Source: an uncultured Desulfatitalea sp.
GTDB taxonomy: Bacteria; Desulfobacterota; Desulfobacteria; Desulfobacterales; Desulfosarcinaceae
Length of the DNA stretch: 64,000 nucleotides
NCBI GenBank assembly: GCA_963668675.2
Contig: CAXXMB010000001.1
Span: 1,312,001-1,376,000, forward strand
Direction: 5' to 3'
Made by a program: the position numbers and the translations under genes. Shown here piece by piece: positions 40,369 to 49,715 of this stretch. The notes beneath the pieces are model-generated. The model was not told the origin of the DNA, searched no databases, and saw only the letters and a program-made list of their open reading frames with translations. Numbering within the stretch: position 1 is the stretch's first letter; every line of letters begins with the position of its first letter.

Positions 40369-42032
40369 GCATCATCGCCGAACAGATCATCGCCTACTAT
40401 ATCGGTTTCCCGACATGGACGCCGGTGGCCACAGTGCCGCAAACGCCTTTTGGCGCACCTGTGGCCGGATCTGGCGCCAAAACCGACACCCAGCCGGTGG
40501 CCGAGATCGGCGCGGCCAAAAGCGGTGTGCACGCGGCCTCCTGGGGAGATTTGTACTTCGGCTGGGTGCACCTGGTACCGAGCAGATTCGAGTTCAGTTT
40601 TCTACTGTCGCGCCGGGAAGATACCGTGCTGGTCTGCAATGCCCACTTGACCGACGATCGCACACTGATCTCGATCGATCTGACCAACACGGGCGGCATG
40701 ACGATTGATGCCGGAACGTTGCCAGAGACCATCGAGCCGCTGAAAGACCTGGTGGCCACGATCTCAACCGAGATGGCCGGCCCGGCCTATATCGATGCGG
40801 TTTTCACATTCAACTTCGACGACGACCAGGCGCCCGAGATCGCCTGCACGGGCACGCGCAGCATGCTCTTTGCCTTCCGCCCGATGGAGGGCCTCAAGGA
40901 GGTGCTGGCCTGGCTCACCGACGTAAATGAAGCCTACGACGGCAGCGAAGCGCGCGAGCAGGTCCGTATCGCGCCGCGCCAGAGTTTTCAGGGTAATTAC
41001 CGGGTGGTCGGTGCAAACGGCCGCGCATCGTTGCGGGCGTTAATAGCGGGCTGGCAGATGCGCTACTTCGGCTATCCGGTATGGGCCGAAGCGGTGGCTG
41101 TCGGTGAGGTGGAACAAGACGATCAATGGATCGGGTTCGATACGGCCTATGCCGACTACAAGGCCGGCGGCTTCTGCCTGATCATGGGATCGGGCTGGGA
41201 CGATTGTGAGCTTGCGGGCATCCTGGATGTGCAGCCCGACGGTCTGACCCTCGCTCTACCGGTGGCGGCAAATTATCCGCGCGCAGCGGTCATGCCGGTG
41301 CGCATCGCGCGCATGGACGGTACACCCAAATATGAGGAGACGGCCACCCATACCGAGGCCCAGCTCGGTTTTGCCGTGGAGGATAACGACCCGGTGGATT
41401 CTTCGGCATCGGCGGTTCTGTACAAGGGGTTCGATACCCTGCTCACACCGTACGGTGCGCCCGGGCAGGTAGCAGCGCGGCACATGATCCGGCCGGCGGA
41501 GATGATCGACGGCCAGACCGGCAAGGTGCTGGTCGATCCGCGCGGCGATTGGGGTCGCTTATCCTTCGATGAGGCGCACTTTAACCCCCACGATCGGGCC
41601 GAGGCCTGGGCGTACCGCCAATGGCTGCACCGCCGATCGGGGCGCTTTCGCCCGGTGTGGGTACCGACCTTTGAGCGCGATGTGGAACTGGCGGCAGGTT
41701 TTTCGGCCGAAGAGACGGTGCTGGTCATTTACCCGGTCTTTTACTCCCAGATGAGCTTTGACAGCCCGCAGTTCGGTCACCTGGCGTTTTTCCGAACCGA
41801 CGGGCAGATCTATATGCGCGAGGTGGTCAACGCCCAGGAGGTGGGCGATACGGAGTGGATCACCATCGATGCGGCCCTCGGGTTTGCCGGCGGTGATGCG
41901 GACTTTACCTGTATATCTTTTATGCCCTTGTGCCGCCTGGCGGCCGATCGCGTGGAGATCGAGTGGTCGCGCTCCGGCTGCTGCCAGTCGGCCGTGGGCC
42001 TGGTGGGATTGGATCCGGACAGTGAAAGTTGA
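40365..42032 (+). CDS. Virion structural (tail) protein
   Basis: E.LAWLTDV...DGSE.R...R.APRQ and WL..R.GR..P.WVPT motifs; coupled to neighbouring genes. Confidence 0.75.
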   Translation: MSIIAEQIIAYYIGFPTWTPVATVPQTPFGAPVAGSGAKTDTQPVAEIGAAKSGVHAASWGDLYFGWVHLVPSRFEFSFLLSRREDTVLVCNAHLTDDRTLISIDLTNTGGMTIDAGTLPETIEPLKDLVATISTEMAGPAYIDAVFTFNFDDDQAPEIACTGTRSMLFAFRPMEGLKEVLAWLTDVNEAYDGSEAREQVRIAPRQSFQGNYRVVGANGRASLRALIAGWQMRYFGYPVWAEAVAVGEVEQDDQWIGFDTAYADYKAGGFCLIMGSGWDDCELAGILDVQPDGLTLALPVAANYPRAAVMPVRIARMDGTPKYEETATHTEAQLGFAVEDNDPVDSSASAVLYKGFDTLLTPYGAPGQVAARHMIRPAEMIDGQTGKVLVDPRGDWGRLSFDEAHFNPHDRAEAWAYRQWLHRRSGRFRPVWVPTFERDVELAAGFSAEETVLVIYPVFYSQMSFDSPQFGHLAFFRTDGQIYMREVVNAQEVGDTEWITIDAALGFAGGDADFTCISFMPLCRLAADRVEIEWSRSGCCQSAVGLVGLDPDSES

Positions 42033-42810
42033 GCTCTATAATTTCGATTCGTCTGGTTCGAACTGGCGCTTTACTTCCGCCGATCGCAACCTGGAGTACG
42101 GCTCGGACACCTACACCGCCGTGCCGGGATTAAAGCGCGGACCGGTTCGCTCCATGGGATCGATCCACAAGGCGGACCTTGAGATCACCGCACCGCGCGA
42201 CAACGATCTGGTGGGGCTTTTTACGGTGAGCCGGCCCGAGTCCATCGTATCGGCAGCGGTCTTTGAGGCCGATTATCCGGTCACCGAAGTAAACTTGATC
42301 TGGAAGGGGCGCATCGTGGGCGTTGCGCTCAAGGATTCTCTGGCCACGATCGCGTGTGAATCGATCTTTACTTCCCTGGGCCGGCCGGGATTGCGAGCCA
42401 TGTATCAGATCGTATGCCGTCACGGCTTGTATCAGACCGGGTGCAACCTGAGCGCGGGAGATTTTGCAGTGTCGGCCACCGTATCGGCCAACGACGGCCT
42501 GGCGCTCACCATCCCCGCAGCTGCTGGCTATGAGGACGGGTACTTTGCCGGCGGCTATCTGACCTTGGACGGTCAATATGTGATGATCATCAGCCACACT
42601 GGTTCTGCGATCGGCATCGACCGGCCGGTGATCGGAACAGGGGCGGCCACTTTGTTTCCCGGGTGCGATCACAGCATCACGATGTGCCATGCGCGCTTCG
42701 ATAATGTCTTAAACTTCGGCGGGTATCCCTACATCCCGGGACGAACGCCTTTTGCCGGCGGGCAGTCGTTTATAACGGCACCCAGCTCGTCACCCAATGC
42801 GGCGCTTTAA
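42022..42810 (+). CDS. Phage BR0599 / DUF2163 family tail protein (GTG start)
   Basis: ELY.F......WRFTSADR, C.H.LY..GC, PGCDHS...C..RF.N.LNFGGYPYIP. Confidence 0.88.
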   Translation: MKVELYNFDSSGSNWRFTSADRNLEYGSDTYTAVPGLKRGPVRSMGSIHKADLEITAPRDNDLVGLFTVSRPESIVSAAVFEADYPVTEVNLIWKGRIVGVALKDSLATIACESIFTSLGRPGLRAMYQIVCRHGLYQTGCNLSAGDFAVSATVSANDGLALTIPAAAGYEDGYFAGGYLTLDGQYVMIISHTGSAIGIDRPVIGTGAATLFPGCDHSITMCHARFDNVLNFGGYPYIPGRTPFAGGQSFITAPSSSPNAAL

Positions 42811-43164
42811 ATGCTGAGAAGATATTTTATAGAGATCGTTGTCATAGTTGCTGTCTTGATAGGCATGGTTTTCTTCCAGCGACCGGATCCGGACGGACCC
42901 GTGCTGTATGAGGGCATCGTGTGGTGGGTGGAGCTGATCATATGGCTGGTGATCGCCCTGGCCAGTTATGCATTAACCCCCAGGCCTGATCCTCCGACGC
43001 CTGAAGCACCCAACCCTTATGGCATCGATGAGTTTCGTGTCCCGACCGCCACTTCGGGCCGTGAGATTCCGGTGGTGATGGGAACGCGCTGGGTCGATGC
43101 TCCCAATGTGGTCTGGTACGGCCACCTGCGGGTTGAAGAAAAACGGGAGGAGTCATGCACATAG
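42811..43164 (+). CDS. Phage tail assembly protein
   Basis: PTA.SGREIPVVMGT.....PNVVWYG motif. Confidence 0.75.
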   Translation: MLRRYFIEIVVIVAVLIGMVFFQRPDPDGPVLYEGIVWWVELIIWLVIALASYALTPRPDPPTPEAPNPYGIDEFRVPTATSGREIPVVMGTRWVDAPNVVWYGHLRVEEKREESCT

Positions 43165-43367
43165 CACCGGGACAAATCTCAGCGGTGGTGCGAGTGCGCG
43201 ATTTAAGACACATGGGCTATTGCCATGCCGGTGCCCGGCGCTGGGCAAAGCGCCACGAGATAGACTGGAACGATTTTGTCAAAAACGGCATCGCGATCGA
43301 GATGCTCGAACGCATCGATGATGCCATGTGCCAACGGCTGGTGGCGGCGGTGAAACATGGGCGGTAA
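43155..43367 (+). CDS. Small phage tail protein
   Basis: YCHAGARRWAKRH.IDW.DFVKNGI motif; overlaps its neighbours. Confidence 0.75.
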   Translation: MHIAPGQISAVVRVRDLRHMGYCHAGARRWAKRHEIDWNDFVKNGIAIEMLERIDDAMCQRLVAAVKHGR

Positions 43368-45588
43368 AAGCGATTGTGTAGAGTATACCACCGGGTACCG
43401 GTATTTCCTGGGCGTGCACATGATCGCATGCCACGGGCCGGTCGACGCCGTTATGGGGATGAAGACCGATGACTACCAGGTGTGGAACGGCAATCTTTCT
43501 ACCTCCGAACAAATCGACATTGATCTGCCCGATCTTTACGGCGGCAAGACCAAAGAGGGCGGTGTTTCCGGAGATATCGACATCGAATTCGGCGACGACG
43601 ACCAGGGGCAAAACAGCTATCTTTTGGCGCGATTCGGATCCATGATCCCGGCCTTTCGCGGGGTGGTGGGTTTTGTGCTGCGCCAATGCTACCTGGGCGA
43701 CAGCCACTACCTCAAGCCGTGGGCTTTTAGAATCAGAAATACCAGCCGGATCGCACCAGGCTGGCTGGGCGGCGCTTATTCCAGCGTCCAGGGAGATGCC
43801 AACCCGGCCTATATGATCTACGGCTGCATCACCAACACCCAGTGGGGCATGGGATATCTGCCCGGCGACGTGGACGACGCCTCTTTTAGCGCAGCGGCCG
43901 AAACGCTCTACAATGAAGGGTTCGGTCTGTCGATGATCTGGGACCGGGCCATTTCCATCGAAGACTTCATCGGCGAGATCAAGCGCCACATCGATGCGGT
44001 GCTTTACGTCGAGCGCACCACGGGCAAGTGGGAGCTTCACCTTCTGCGCGACGACTATGATGCCGAGACCCTTCCCGTGGCCGACACGTCGAATATCATC
44101 TCCGTTGAGAGCTATCAGCGTCGCACCCAGGCCGAAATGGTCAACACGGTGGTGCTCAAGTACCGGCGCCACATCACTTCCGGGGATGTGGACGATTCGG
44201 TCACGGTGCACAATACGGCCATGATCCAGCGCCTGGGGCAGACCATCCACAAAACGGTCAACTTCCAGGGCATATCGCGATCGGCCGTGGCCGGCAAAGT
44301 GGCGGCCAGGGAGCTTAAAAGCGCATCGAGCGATCTGTCTTCTCTGGTGTTTACCGCCTTGCCGGTGGGAGATATCGAAGGGCTGCGCGAGGGATCGCCG
44401 TTTAAGTTCACCTGGCCCAAGTACGGTGTGGTCGAAGAGATCATGCGCGTGGTCACCATCGATTGGGGCACGCTCACCGAAGGGCGGGTGCGTATTGCCG
44501 CTGCCCAGGACATCTACGCCAGTGCCGAAGCGATCTATGCCGAGGTGCCGGACAGCGGATGGGCCGACCCGGTCAATCTGCCGGCGCCCTGCCCCTACCG
44601 GCGCCTGGTCGAGCTGCCCTATTACTCCCTGGTGCGCATCTACGGTGAGAATTCTACTTTCTGGGACGGTTTCGAAGATAACTCGGGCGTGCTCGGCACG
44701 CTGTACGTCAAGCCAACCGACGACGCATTTTCTTACCGATTGTGGACGCTGCAGCCTTACGGCCGGTCGCTGACGCCGACCTATTTGGATCGCGGCACGT
44801 TCGCTTTTGCGCCGTCGGGGCTGTTGGCCGTTGCCATCGGTAAAAATGACACGTTGCTTCAAATGGAAGATCTTTCCGGCCTGGACCTGGTCAAAGAGGA
44901 CATCTACGCCTATGTCGGTGACGAGCTGGTCAAGGTTCTAACGGTCAACCCCATATCCGGATCTTGCACCGTGGCCCGGGGCGTGCTCGATACGGTGCCC
45001 GATGATCACGCCGAGTCGACACGGGTGTGGTTTGCCCAGGGGCGCCACGGCACCGATGCGAGGATCCTGGACCAGGGGGAAACCGCCAGCGCCCGGGCAT
45101 GCCCGATCACCGGCAAGGGCGAGCTGGATATCGCGGACGCTCCCACAAACACCATGGATTATGACGCCAGGGCTATCCGCCCCTATCCGCCGGGCAATGT
45201 GCAGATCAACGCGGAGGTCTACCCGGACGAGATCGCCGGGGCATTGAATGTCACGTGGGCCCATCGGGATCGGCTGCAGCAGACCGCCTACATCGTCGAG
45301 CAGGACGAGGGCAACATCGGCCCCGAGGCGGGCACCACCTACCGGCTGCGCATCTATGGCGAGACCGGCACGCTGCTTCGCACCTGGTCGGGGATCACCG
45401 GTACCGAACAAATCTACCCCATCGCCCAGGAGATTGCCGACAGCGGCGCCCTGGGCCGGGCCAACGAATCGCTTCGCATCGTGCTCGATGCCCAGCGCGA
45501 CGGCTGGGACTCCTGGCAGGCCCATGACCACACAATCGCCGAATGCCAGGGCTACGGCATGTTTTACGGAGAATACTACGGAGAATAG
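43357..45588 (+). CDS. Phage tail tip / central fibre protein
   Basis: MGGKS...GYRY.LG.HM..CHGPVD, DANPA.MIY, LLRDDY, RG.LDT.P, RPYPPGNV. Confidence 0.85.
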   Translation: MGGKSDCVEYTTGYRYFLGVHMIACHGPVDAVMGMKTDDYQVWNGNLSTSEQIDIDLPDLYGGKTKEGGVSGDIDIEFGDDDQGQNSYLLARFGSMIPAFRGVVGFVLRQCYLGDSHYLKPWAFRIRNTSRIAPGWLGGAYSSVQGDANPAYMIYGCITNTQWGMGYLPGDVDDASFSAAAETLYNEGFGLSMIWDRAISIEDFIGEIKRHIDAVLYVERTTGKWELHLLRDDYDAETLPVADTSNIISVESYQRRTQAEMVNTVVLKYRRHITSGDVDDSVTVHNTAMIQRLGQTIHKTVNFQGISRSAVAGKVAARELKSASSDLSSLVFTALPVGDIEGLREGSPFKFTWPKYGVVEEIMRVVTIDWGTLTEGRVRIAAAQDIYASAEAIYAEVPDSGWADPVNLPAPCPYRRLVELPYYSLVRIYGENSTFWDGFEDNSGVLGTLYVKPTDDAFSYRLWTLQPYGRSLTPTYLDRGTFAFAPSGLLAVAIGKNDTLLQMEDLSGLDLVKEDIYAYVGDELVKVLTVNPISGSCTVARGVLDTVPDDHAESTRVWFAQGRHGTDARILDQGETASARACPITGKGELDIADAPTNTMDYDARAIRPYPPGNVQINAEVYPDEIAGALNVTWAHRDRLQQTAYIVEQDEGNIGPEAGTTYRLRIYGETGTLLRTWSGITGTEQIYPIAQEIADSGALGRANESLRIVLDAQRDGWDSWQAHDHTIAECQGYGMFYGEYYGE

Positions 45589-45591
45589 ACC

Positions 45592-46071
45592 ATGGCAGCT
45601 TCAAACGACCCTAATTTGAATCTTTACTACGGCTGGTATCCGCGCGAATCCGGCTGGAACACCGGCATGGACGCCAACCTGAAAAAGCTCGGCGCGGTGG
45701 TGCACCTTTCTGTCATCAGCATGGACACCGATGTGCCGGGTAGCCCGGCCGATGGCGATCGCTATATCGTGCCCGCCGGCGCCACCGGGGATTGGTCCGG
45801 ACACGATGATGACGTTGCCGTGCGCGTGGCCGGCGCCTGGGAGTTCTACACCCCGGCCAGGGGATGGCGCGCCTGGGTGGAAGACGAAAACGCAGAGGCG
45901 GTGCGCAGCGCCTCGGCCTGGGAGCTAATCACCAGGCCCCAATGGGTGGACCCGCCCGCATCGGCATCAGCCGCCGGCACACCCGGGCAAATGGCTTACG
46001 AGTCCGGCTATCTTTATGTGTGCGTGGCCGCAGACACCTGGCAGCGCGTGGCCATTGCCACCTGGAGCTGA
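45592..46071 (+). CDS. DUF2793-domain tail protein
   Basis: P.SPADGDRYIVPAGATGDWSGH...VA....GAW.F.TP..GWRAWV. Confidence 0.88.
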   Translation: MAASNDPNLNLYYGWYPRESGWNTGMDANLKKLGAVVHLSVISMDTDVPGSPADGDRYIVPAGATGDWSGHDDDVAVRVAGAWEFYTPARGWRAWVEDENAEAVRSASAWELITRPQWVDPPASASAAGTPGQMAYESGYLYVCVAADTWQRVAIATWS

Positions 46072-46081
46072 ATGCACCGCG

Positions 46082-46165
46082 ATGATCAGAAAGGTTCGTA
46101 TCGTGCTTTCAATCCTGATTTTGATCGATGTGGCCCTGGTGCTGGCCATCGCAATGTATCGCTGA
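46082..46165 (+). CDS. 27-aa single-TM peptide (not in the supplied ORF track)
   Basis: MIRKVRIVLSILILIDVALVLAIAMYR*, filling the gap between two late genes. Confidence 0.4.
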   Translation: MIRKVRIVLSILILIDVALVLAIAMYR

Positions 46166-46190
46166 TGATCCATCGAGGGGAGGAGGCCCC

Positions 46191-46532
46191 ATGTCACTAT
46201 CCAGCGATGACCTGATCCAGATCGAAAAGATCGTTCAGAACACGACGCAAAGCGGCTGCAAATGCGGGTTGTCGGATTCATCGCAGGCAGAAATGGGGCA
46301 TTTGATCGGCCGGTTCAAAGATATCGGCGACGGCAACTTGAACAAGGGCATCGAGGAGGCCAGTGAGGCCATCAAGGCGTGGATCCGGATCAGGCGGCGC
46401 GGTGAAAAGGTCGGCGGCGCGGTAGCGTGCTTTATCGCGGTTTCTATCTTCGGGGGCGTCGGCACGCTGCTTTGGATCGGCATCAAGTTCGCGCTGAAAA
46501 TGTTGAACGTCGATACCGGGGTTAAGCAATGA
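46191..46532 (+). CDS. Phage membrane protein (holin-like position)
   Basis: GGAGGAGG SD; C-terminal TM segment. Confidence 0.65.
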   Translation: MSLSSDDLIQIEKIVQNTTQSGCKCGLSDSSQAEMGHLIGRFKDIGDGNLNKGIEEASEAIKAWIRIRRRGEKVGGAVACFIAVSIFGGVGTLLWIGIKFALKMLNVDTGVKQ

Positions 46533-46738
46533 AAAGCGATACGGATAGCTTCAAGAAAGGCCCTCGAGGTGAACGGGTCGCCGCCGTTTGCCCCTACTGC
46601 GGCATCCGCATCCAGGTCAAGACCTGCCTGTGTGCGAAATGCCATGTGGCCTGGGACATGGAACCGGCCGTGCTGCGAAAGATCGCCGCCGCCAAACAAA
46701 GGGCCCTGCAGCGCACCCGCAAACAGACGCCGTCGTGA
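46529..46738 (+). CDS. Small zinc-ribbon protein
   Basis: CPYC...CAKC; ATGA coupling to the upstream gene. Confidence 0.5.
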   Translation: MKSDTDSFKKGPRGERVAAVCPYCGIRIQVKTCLCAKCHVAWDMEPAVLRKIAAAKQRALQRTRKQTPS

Positions 46739-46845
46739 GCTTTACGAACTTTACGCACGACGATCGCCCGGTGTTTACCGGGCATATCTTCTCCCGGCGC
46801 AAAGATTTACTTCAACCCGCAACTTAGCAAAGGAGAATTAAAAGC

Positions 46846-47484
46846 ATGGAGACGAACCCCGTTCAAACAGACCCCTCGAAAACAGATCCATGGATCGGCA
46901 GCGTGGTTTGGGGCCGCATCGGCGCCGCGGTCATGGTGCTCACCGCCTTTATCCTGCAGGGCCTGGGCATCGAGTTCGGACAGGACGACCAGCAGGCCTC
47001 CTTCGGTGCTGTGGAGTCCATCCTGGCCGCCGCCGGCGTCCTCTTGGCCATCGTGAGCAAGTACCGCCAAAAGGCCCTGGAAAAACGCTCCGGACAGGCC
47101 GGATCGGCCGCCCTGCCCCTGCTGCTCGCCCTGCTCGTTGCCGGCATGCTGGCGGTATCCCTTTCCGGCTGCGGAACAAATCAGACAGCCACCCAGCAGA
47201 TCATGAGCGAAACCACCGATCCGCATGCCATCGCAAAGGCCGTCTACCTGGACGCGCGGACCTGGTACAACGACGCCCAGCAGAGCCTTATCGACTGCCA
47301 GGCGTCGCTGACCATCGAAAAGCGTCGGCAGTTCAACGCCCGCCTCGACGAAGTGGGCCGGGCCCTGGACCTGTGGGGCGCCACCCTGGCCCTGGGCCGC
47401 GACGACGGGTTCGAAAAAGCATCCTTCCGCGAGGCAAAGAACCGGCTGATCGACGCAGGCTTTTTGCTGCTGACCGAAGAATAA
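46846..47484 (+). CDS. Membrane protein with two N-terminal TMs and an internal lipobox (lysis region)
   Basis: AAGGAG SD; two hydrophobic segments, then LLLALLVAGMLAVSLSGC. Confidence 0.7.
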   Translation: METNPVQTDPSKTDPWIGSVVWGRIGAAVMVLTAFILQGLGIEFGQDDQQASFGAVESILAAAGVLLAIVSKYRQKALEKRSGQAGSAALPLLLALLVAGMLAVSLSGCGTNQTATQQIMSETTDPHAIAKAVYLDARTWYNDAQQSLIDCQASLTIEKRRQFNARLDEVGRALDLWGATLALGRDDGFEKASFREAKNRLIDAGFLLLTEE

Positions 47485-47507
47485 CCCCATCGAAAGGAGA
47501 CGACACC

Positions 47508-47699
47508 ATGGCAATGACCAAGGAAGAGGCTGCCCTGTGGGCCGCCGGGCTAAAGCTGTTGACCGATATGGTGACCATGGCCATCGGCCGCAATGTCACC
47601 GTGGCTGAACTGGATGCGGCGATCGCCGACGAGGAGGTCCGCTCGCACATGCTGGAAGAGCAGCGCCGGGCGGCTTTGAATGAGGCTCATACGGGCTAA
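47508..47699 (+). CDS. Small phage hypothetical protein
   Basis: AAGGAG SD; MAMTKEEAALWAAG... Confidence 0.65.
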   Translation: MAMTKEEAALWAAGLKLLTDMVTMAIGRNVTVAELDAAIADEEVRSHMLEEQRRAALNEAHTG

Positions 47700-47730
47700 A
47701 GGTCAGACTTAAAACACGCATAAAACTCCG

Positions 47731-47755
47731 GGGCGGCACGGTCTTGCCGCCCTTT
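47731..47755. terminator. Hairpin terminator between the late operon and convergent hicA
   Basis: GGGCGGCA-CGGTCT-TGCCGCCC-TTT. Confidence 0.6.
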
Positions 47756-47978
47756 AAAGCTTCTTTTGCACTTCTTCTTTATCAAGGTCGCAATCGCGCA
47801 ATATCCGCGCAAGAAGCCCTCTCCCGATGGTCTCACCCTTATGGATGGGAACGACCGTGCACCGGCCGTCTGTATGTTGAAGGAAATGATGGCTTCCCTT
47901 GACGCGCACCACTTCAAATCCGAATTTGCGCAATGCCCGAACAAGCCGGCTGCCGGTAACCGATGGGAAGGTGGTCAC
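47754..47978 (-). CDS. hicA: HicA-family mRNA interferase toxin
   Basis: LVRALRKFGFEVVRVKGSHHFL.H.DGR.TVVPIH. Confidence 0.93.
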   Translation of the reverse strand: MTTFPSVTGSRLVRALRKFGFEVVRVKGSHHFLQHTDGRCTVVPIHKGETIGRGLLARILRDCDLDKEEVQKKL

Positions 47979-48181
47979 GAGTTGACCGCCACCTTTTGAA
48001 CGCCGATGAACTCATTCAAGACCGGCTCTTCCACCTCGAGACAAAGTTCGATCGCCTCCTTGATTCTCTTCATCAGGACATCCAGAGACTTTGCCTGGGT
48101 GTGGCATCCCCGAAGCGCAGGAACGGTACCCACAAAGTAACCATCCTCGTCTTTTTCGATGATCACGCTGAACTCTCTCAT
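47975..48181 (-). CDS. hicB: HicB-family antitoxin (short form, no C-terminal DNA-binding domain)
   Basis: VIIEKDEDGYFVGTVPALRGCHTQA.SLD......KEAIEL.LE. Confidence 0.93.
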   Translation of the reverse strand: MREFSVIIEKDEDGYFVGTVPALRGCHTQAKSLDVLMKRIKEAIELCLEVEEPVLNEFIGVQKVAVNS

Positions 48182-48295
48182 CGTTTAGCCTCCCGGTACC
48201 CATGGAAAAAATGCGAATAATTAAATATTTAGAATCATCAGGCCTGAATTGCAAGCGGTTCAAGCAAAAAGCGCTTTGAAAGACGGCCCACCGGA

Positions 48296-48988
48296 TCAAA
48301 ACCCGAACTCCATCTGTACGGGCGCAAGGTTGGAAGGATCGTTGTGGCGCACCGAGTTCACCTCCCGGGTCACGGGGTGGAACTTCAGGTCGGTCAGCGC
48401 CTTTTCGTCGAACAGGCGTCCGAGCAGCGCTGCATCCCCGTTGCCAGGGTCGAGCCAGGGGTCGTAGGCCTCCGGAGACAGGATCACCGGCATGCGGTGA
48501 TGCAGTTGCTGTATGGCGCCTGCGGCCGGCCGGGTGATGATGGTGCACGATCGATAGGGTTCCCCCTCTTTTTCCTTGTCGTGCCAGACCTCCCACAGGC
48601 CGGCAAAGGCGAAGGGCTTTTCTTCGGGCAGGGTGATGTACATCGGCTGCCTGCTCCCCTTCTTTCCCGCCCACTCGTAAAAGCCATCTGCCACGATGAG
48701 GCAGCGCCGCTTCTTGAACGCCTCACGGAAACTGGGCTTGGCCGCCACGGTCTCCACCCGCGCGTTGATCATCTTGTAGCCGATGGACCGGTCCTTGGCC
48801 CAGAAGGGCACCAGGCCCCAGTGGTACCGGTCCAGGATGTTCCTGCCGTCGTGTCTTGCAATGGCCAGGATCTGCTGGGTAGGCGCCACGTTGTAGTTGG
48901 CCACCGCATCGCAGCCCACGGCTTCGTCAATGGGGAAATATTGCTTGAGCTGCTCGATGTTTCTGAATCCGACAAACCGGCCGCACAT
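48296..48988 (-). CDS. SOS response-associated peptidase (SRAP / YedK / HMCES family)
   Basis: MCGRF N-terminus, YNVAPTQ, WGLVPFW, INARVET, RRCLIVADGFYEW, HHRMPVIL. Confidence 0.95.
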   Translation of the reverse strand: MCGRFVGFRNIEQLKQYFPIDEAVGCDAVANYNVAPTQQILAIARHDGRNILDRYHWGLVPFWAKDRSIGYKMINARVETVAAKPSFREAFKKRRCLIVADGFYEWAGKKGSRQPMYITLPEEKPFAFAGLWEVWHDKEKEGEPYRSCTIITRPAAGAIQQLHHRMPVILSPEAYDPWLDPGNGDAALLGRLFDEKALTDLKFHPVTREVNSVRHNDPSNLAPVQMEFGF

Positions 48989-49715
48989 GGCGTCACCTCT
49001 TTTAATACAAATCTCCCTCTATGTCCCATCTTTAGACTGATTGGCACCGGCCCGTCAATACAGCCCTCTTTTCCCTCCTAACATTTTGTTATAATATCTT
49101 TTTCAACTATTTCATTGACATAAGAAAGCCATGGCGTTACGTAACAAGCAATCCTTATTGCAAAATGACATCTCCAACTTCAATGGCCCCGAACAGAAGT
49201 TCACGTGTACTACTAGGTCAATGAGGACCCAATCAAACAACTGGGCCGCCCAAATTTTGGATATAAACGTTTTTTTGCATTCGGCCCGCACTGAACAACC
49301 GGCAATTGGAATGGCTTAAAGATTTTTCCGTGTTTTCGTATTGGGTATAAAATCGTTTTGTTAAATACGATATTGTTTGAGTTGTTTGATCTGATCTTTC
49401 CAAATGGGAAAAGATGTGCCGGAATGCTCGCATTTTCCGGTTCAATATTTTATCTGGTTCGAAGCTAACCTTTTGTATTTTTGTTCAATATTTATCTATC
49501 TCGGACTTGGTCGGTAATTTGATATCGTGCACTTTTGCTTGCATATTGGATATTGGCTGGAAAAACGATCTAAAATGTTCGTTTTGCCGGTTTCAATATG
49601 AACCGGACTTGGGTGTTATTTACCTGTATTTATATTCTGTTACTGGCGGAGATGGGGATTAGCCTCAATGGGATATCGAGCGTATTTGCTCGCTAATAAT
49701 GGTTATATTTGAATC

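Noticed and set aside
30248..44862. Long antisense ORFs in the structural region (e.g. 30248-31138 and 43279-44862)
   Set aside because: They are shadow frames of GC-rich coding genes on the plus strand, with no recognisable motifs.
38418..46071. Diversity-generating retroelement or invertible tail-fibre system
   Set aside because: No reverse transcriptase, template/variable repeat pair or invertase was seen; the similarity between 38418 and 39364 is old paralogy.
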